From: Felis catus
Lineage: Eukaryota
Direction of reading: 5' to 3'
Length of the DNA: 64,000 bases
Assembly: GCF_018350175.1 (NCBI RefSeq)
Contig: NC_058383.1
Location: 1,798,001-1,862,000 of the forward strand
Positions 61,606 through 64,000 of the stretch are shown piece by piece. The notes beneath the pieces were generated by a model, which was given only the letters and a program-made list of their open reading frames with translations, was not told where the DNA came from and did not search any database. Made by a program: the position numbers and the translations under genes. The stretch's first letter is position 1. The number at the start of each line of letters is the position of its first letter.

Positions 61606-62418
61606 CTTACTCGAGAGGATTCCTGGGAACAGCCCAGCATCTACCAAGGAACCCGCATGTGTAGTAAACACGGGCCAGCGAGGAGGAAACGTACAGCGAC
61701 AACACCAGACGCCCGGGACCTGTCACCCCAGACGAGGCAGCACTGCAGGGACAGGAAGCAGAGGGGAGGCAGGAGTCCGCCAGGGAACCTCGGGGGCGTG
61801 GAGGCTCTCCGCACTCTGACTTCAGGGCGCCGACTTGACCGTTAACGTGTTTGTCACGTCGTAGAATCGAACCCATTTTAAAGGCTGGCTTCACTTTACA
61901 TAAATCATACGTCAACAAATTTGGCTTCTGAAACCCAGCAGTCCTGTAAAAACGTCTGCAGAAGCACGTCTGTCCGCAGGCTCGTGTGCGTGGCTGTGTG
62001 TCATGCTGCAGGCGGTGATGATTTCAGGAAGGAAGGACAAGGGGACACGCGCGGGGAAGGAGTTCTGTAGCCTCAACGTTCTCTCCGGATTCTGTGGAGT
62101 CTGTACAACTTTTTGGGGGAACACAGCACAAAAAACAAATCACAAACCACAATAAAACTTATCTTCTGGACTTCAGAGTTAACACGTTAAATGCTGTAAG
62201 TCAGAATTCGGGGTTAAAAGATTTACGAAATATGTTTCTACGACAAACAGGTTAATTTTTCTGCACTGTCACAACCAGAATTGTTCTCTTTAACCACAAG
62301 AACAGTTACTTTTTGTTTCTAATTTTGTCTACCACATAAACAGAGCGGGCGAGCATATCCCACCGTGGCTCCCTTGTCCCTGCCTCCCAGAGTTGGTACT
62401 GTGCTCGCCCCTCCCCTG

Positions 62419-62507
62419 AGTCACAGATCCCCTCCAGGCTGGACGGCCCCTCCTTGACAGTCACAGATCCCCTCCAGGCTGGACGGCTCTCCGTGATGGT
62501 CACAGAC
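62419..62507. repeat. Tandem repeat, 40-bp period, ~2.2 copies
   Basis: agtcacagatcccctccaggctggacggc is identical at 62419 and 62459; a partial third copy ggtcacaga lies near 62498. Confidence 0.9.
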
Positions 62508-63131
62508 AGAGCTCCCATCTTGCTGGTACTGCTACTCTCCCCCCTCTGGCTCACAAACCCGGCAGGGCCAGGTGCACCACCAAATGATGCTTGCAGAGAG
62601 GCGCACGTGACAAGACACCAAGCGCTGCCCGCACACGCGTGAGCAGGGAAGCCGAGGCTTCTCGGTGCAGCCTTGAGAGGAACACCACCGCAGGTCAGCC
62701 TGCCCGGATTCATGACCCGCGGGGACTTAAGGGGAGAAATGCTGTTGCTGAAGCTGCTGAGTCCCAAAGTAATCTGGACCAGGACAATCGGGGACCAGTG
62801 CACGTATGTCCTCTCTAATCTCCAGAACCCGTCCCACAGGCGGGGACCTCAGCTCAGCCAAGCCTTCATCACGGGCAGGAGCACTCCCCCATCAGGCCCA
62901 CGTGTCAGGCTCCCACCGCCTCTCTCTCCAGGATGACCCAGAGTGCTTTCCAAGAGTTGGTCAAGCTCCAAACGGCCCAGCAAATGGGACCCTCACTGGT
63001 GCTTACTAGGCTGCGCCACAGCCCCTACAGACACCCCTCCACCCCATCCCTCAGCAAGACACAGCACAAAGCCCCAGGGCTCTGCTCCTCCTGGGGCCAT
63101 TCATAAAATGCACACGAGGCAAGTTCTCCCA

Positions 63132-63314
63132 GGGGCACCTGGGGGGCCTCAGGTCATGATCTCATGGTTCAAGAGATCCAGCCTCACGTGAGCCTCATGG
63201 CTGACAGTGTGGGGCCTGCTCGGGATTCCCTCTCTTCCTCTCTCTCTGCCCCTCCCCTGATCTCTCTCTCTCTCTCTCTCTCAAGATAAATACACTTTAA
63301 ACAAACCAACAAAA
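63132..63314 (+). mobile_element. Can-SINE with a 5' internal deletion
   Basis: GGGGCACCTGGGGGGCCTCAGGTCATGATCTCATGGTTC..., (CT)n, tail. TSD aagttctccca (63121-63131) / aagtcctcccca (63315-63326). Confidence 0.9.
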
Positions 63315-64000
63315 AAGTCCTCCCCATAGAAAACAAAGCTAAAATAGAAAAACCTGGGGGGTAGGGGGTGGGGGAAGCCTAGAGCCCAGCAGTTAGGTCC
63401 AGCTGAGAGCCCCCCTCAACTCTGAAATCTCAAGGAAGCATCTGGACACCTTGGTGGTGCCCTGTTACCTCAGACACAGGTAAAAGTGACAGGCACACCC
63501 AGGAGGAAAGGGCACAGGTAAGGGTCTGGGGACAGGACACACACAAGGCCCAGCGATGACCACGGCTACAAGGTGGCTTTATAGGAGGGGGGCAGGTGGG
63601 GTGGCTGGACGCAGGCTGTATCCAGGCCACCCACCCGAGCTGCACACTGGTGATGTCCCAAATCCAGCTAACTGAGCCCAGGCACTGCTTCCCAAATCGG
63701 GAAATGTCACACGAAGACTATTCCTAGCTTCTCGTGAAGATACGGAGCGTCTCCCAGCACCAGCCACACACCATTACAGGGTAAGCTCCAGGGGGGTCCA
63801 ATCCCCCCGTTCCCACCCCCCACCCCCAGTGCCTGCCCCCAGCTTGGCCCTCTGTGCAGCTCAGGAAAGGGAACTCCGGAGGAAGGCCCAGCCTGTGGGG
63901 ACAGTCAGCAACAATGTCCCTGGCACATGGAGGCCCTGGATCAGGAGGGCCGGGGACTCAGGCCCTCGACCACCAGGAGGAGGTCGCGGCAGGCGTACGA

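Larger units (their letters stand above)
37192..64000 (-). other. MAD1L1: MAD1L1 intron upstream of the 87-bp exon (partial, continues past the window end)
   Basis: Ends with the AG acceptor at 37193-37192. The preceding exon (...RLLAKLQSWERLDQTMGLSIR in human) was not found in the window. Confidence 0.85.

Noticed and set aside
1..64000. Additional MAD1L1 exons or a CpG-island promoter
   Set aside because: The neighbouring exon peptides were not found by eye. CpG richness is diffuse, including inside old repeats, rather than a discrete island, though a weak internal promoter cannot be excluded without data.

Overview
This is GC-rich, CpG-rich mammalian genomic DNA from a cat-family (feliform) carnivore, judged from its Can-SINEs of the feline SINEC_Fc type. 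The whole window lies inside MAD1L1 (spindle-checkpoint protein Mad1), which is transcribed on the minus strand. I can find only one coding exon: 87 bp at 37105-37191, encoding (R)[28 protein letters not shown](S), which matches human exon 11 as I recall it. The rest is two very large introns. They contain 10 Can-SINEs (several with visible target-site duplications), many old LINE-1 remnants, a carnivore L1 with a 5' inversion, Tigger2a-like and Charlie1-like DNA-transposon fossils, short tandem duplications, homopolymer and microsatellite tracts, and several AT-rich motif-dense islands that look like intronic enhancers. The hundreds of ORFs in the track are artefacts of high GC or translated repeat fragments. 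I found no evidence of a new multi-gene system. The best leads are regulatory or splicing hypotheses that need alignment or functional data. Repeat family names come from recalled consensus sequences and their boundaries are approximate.
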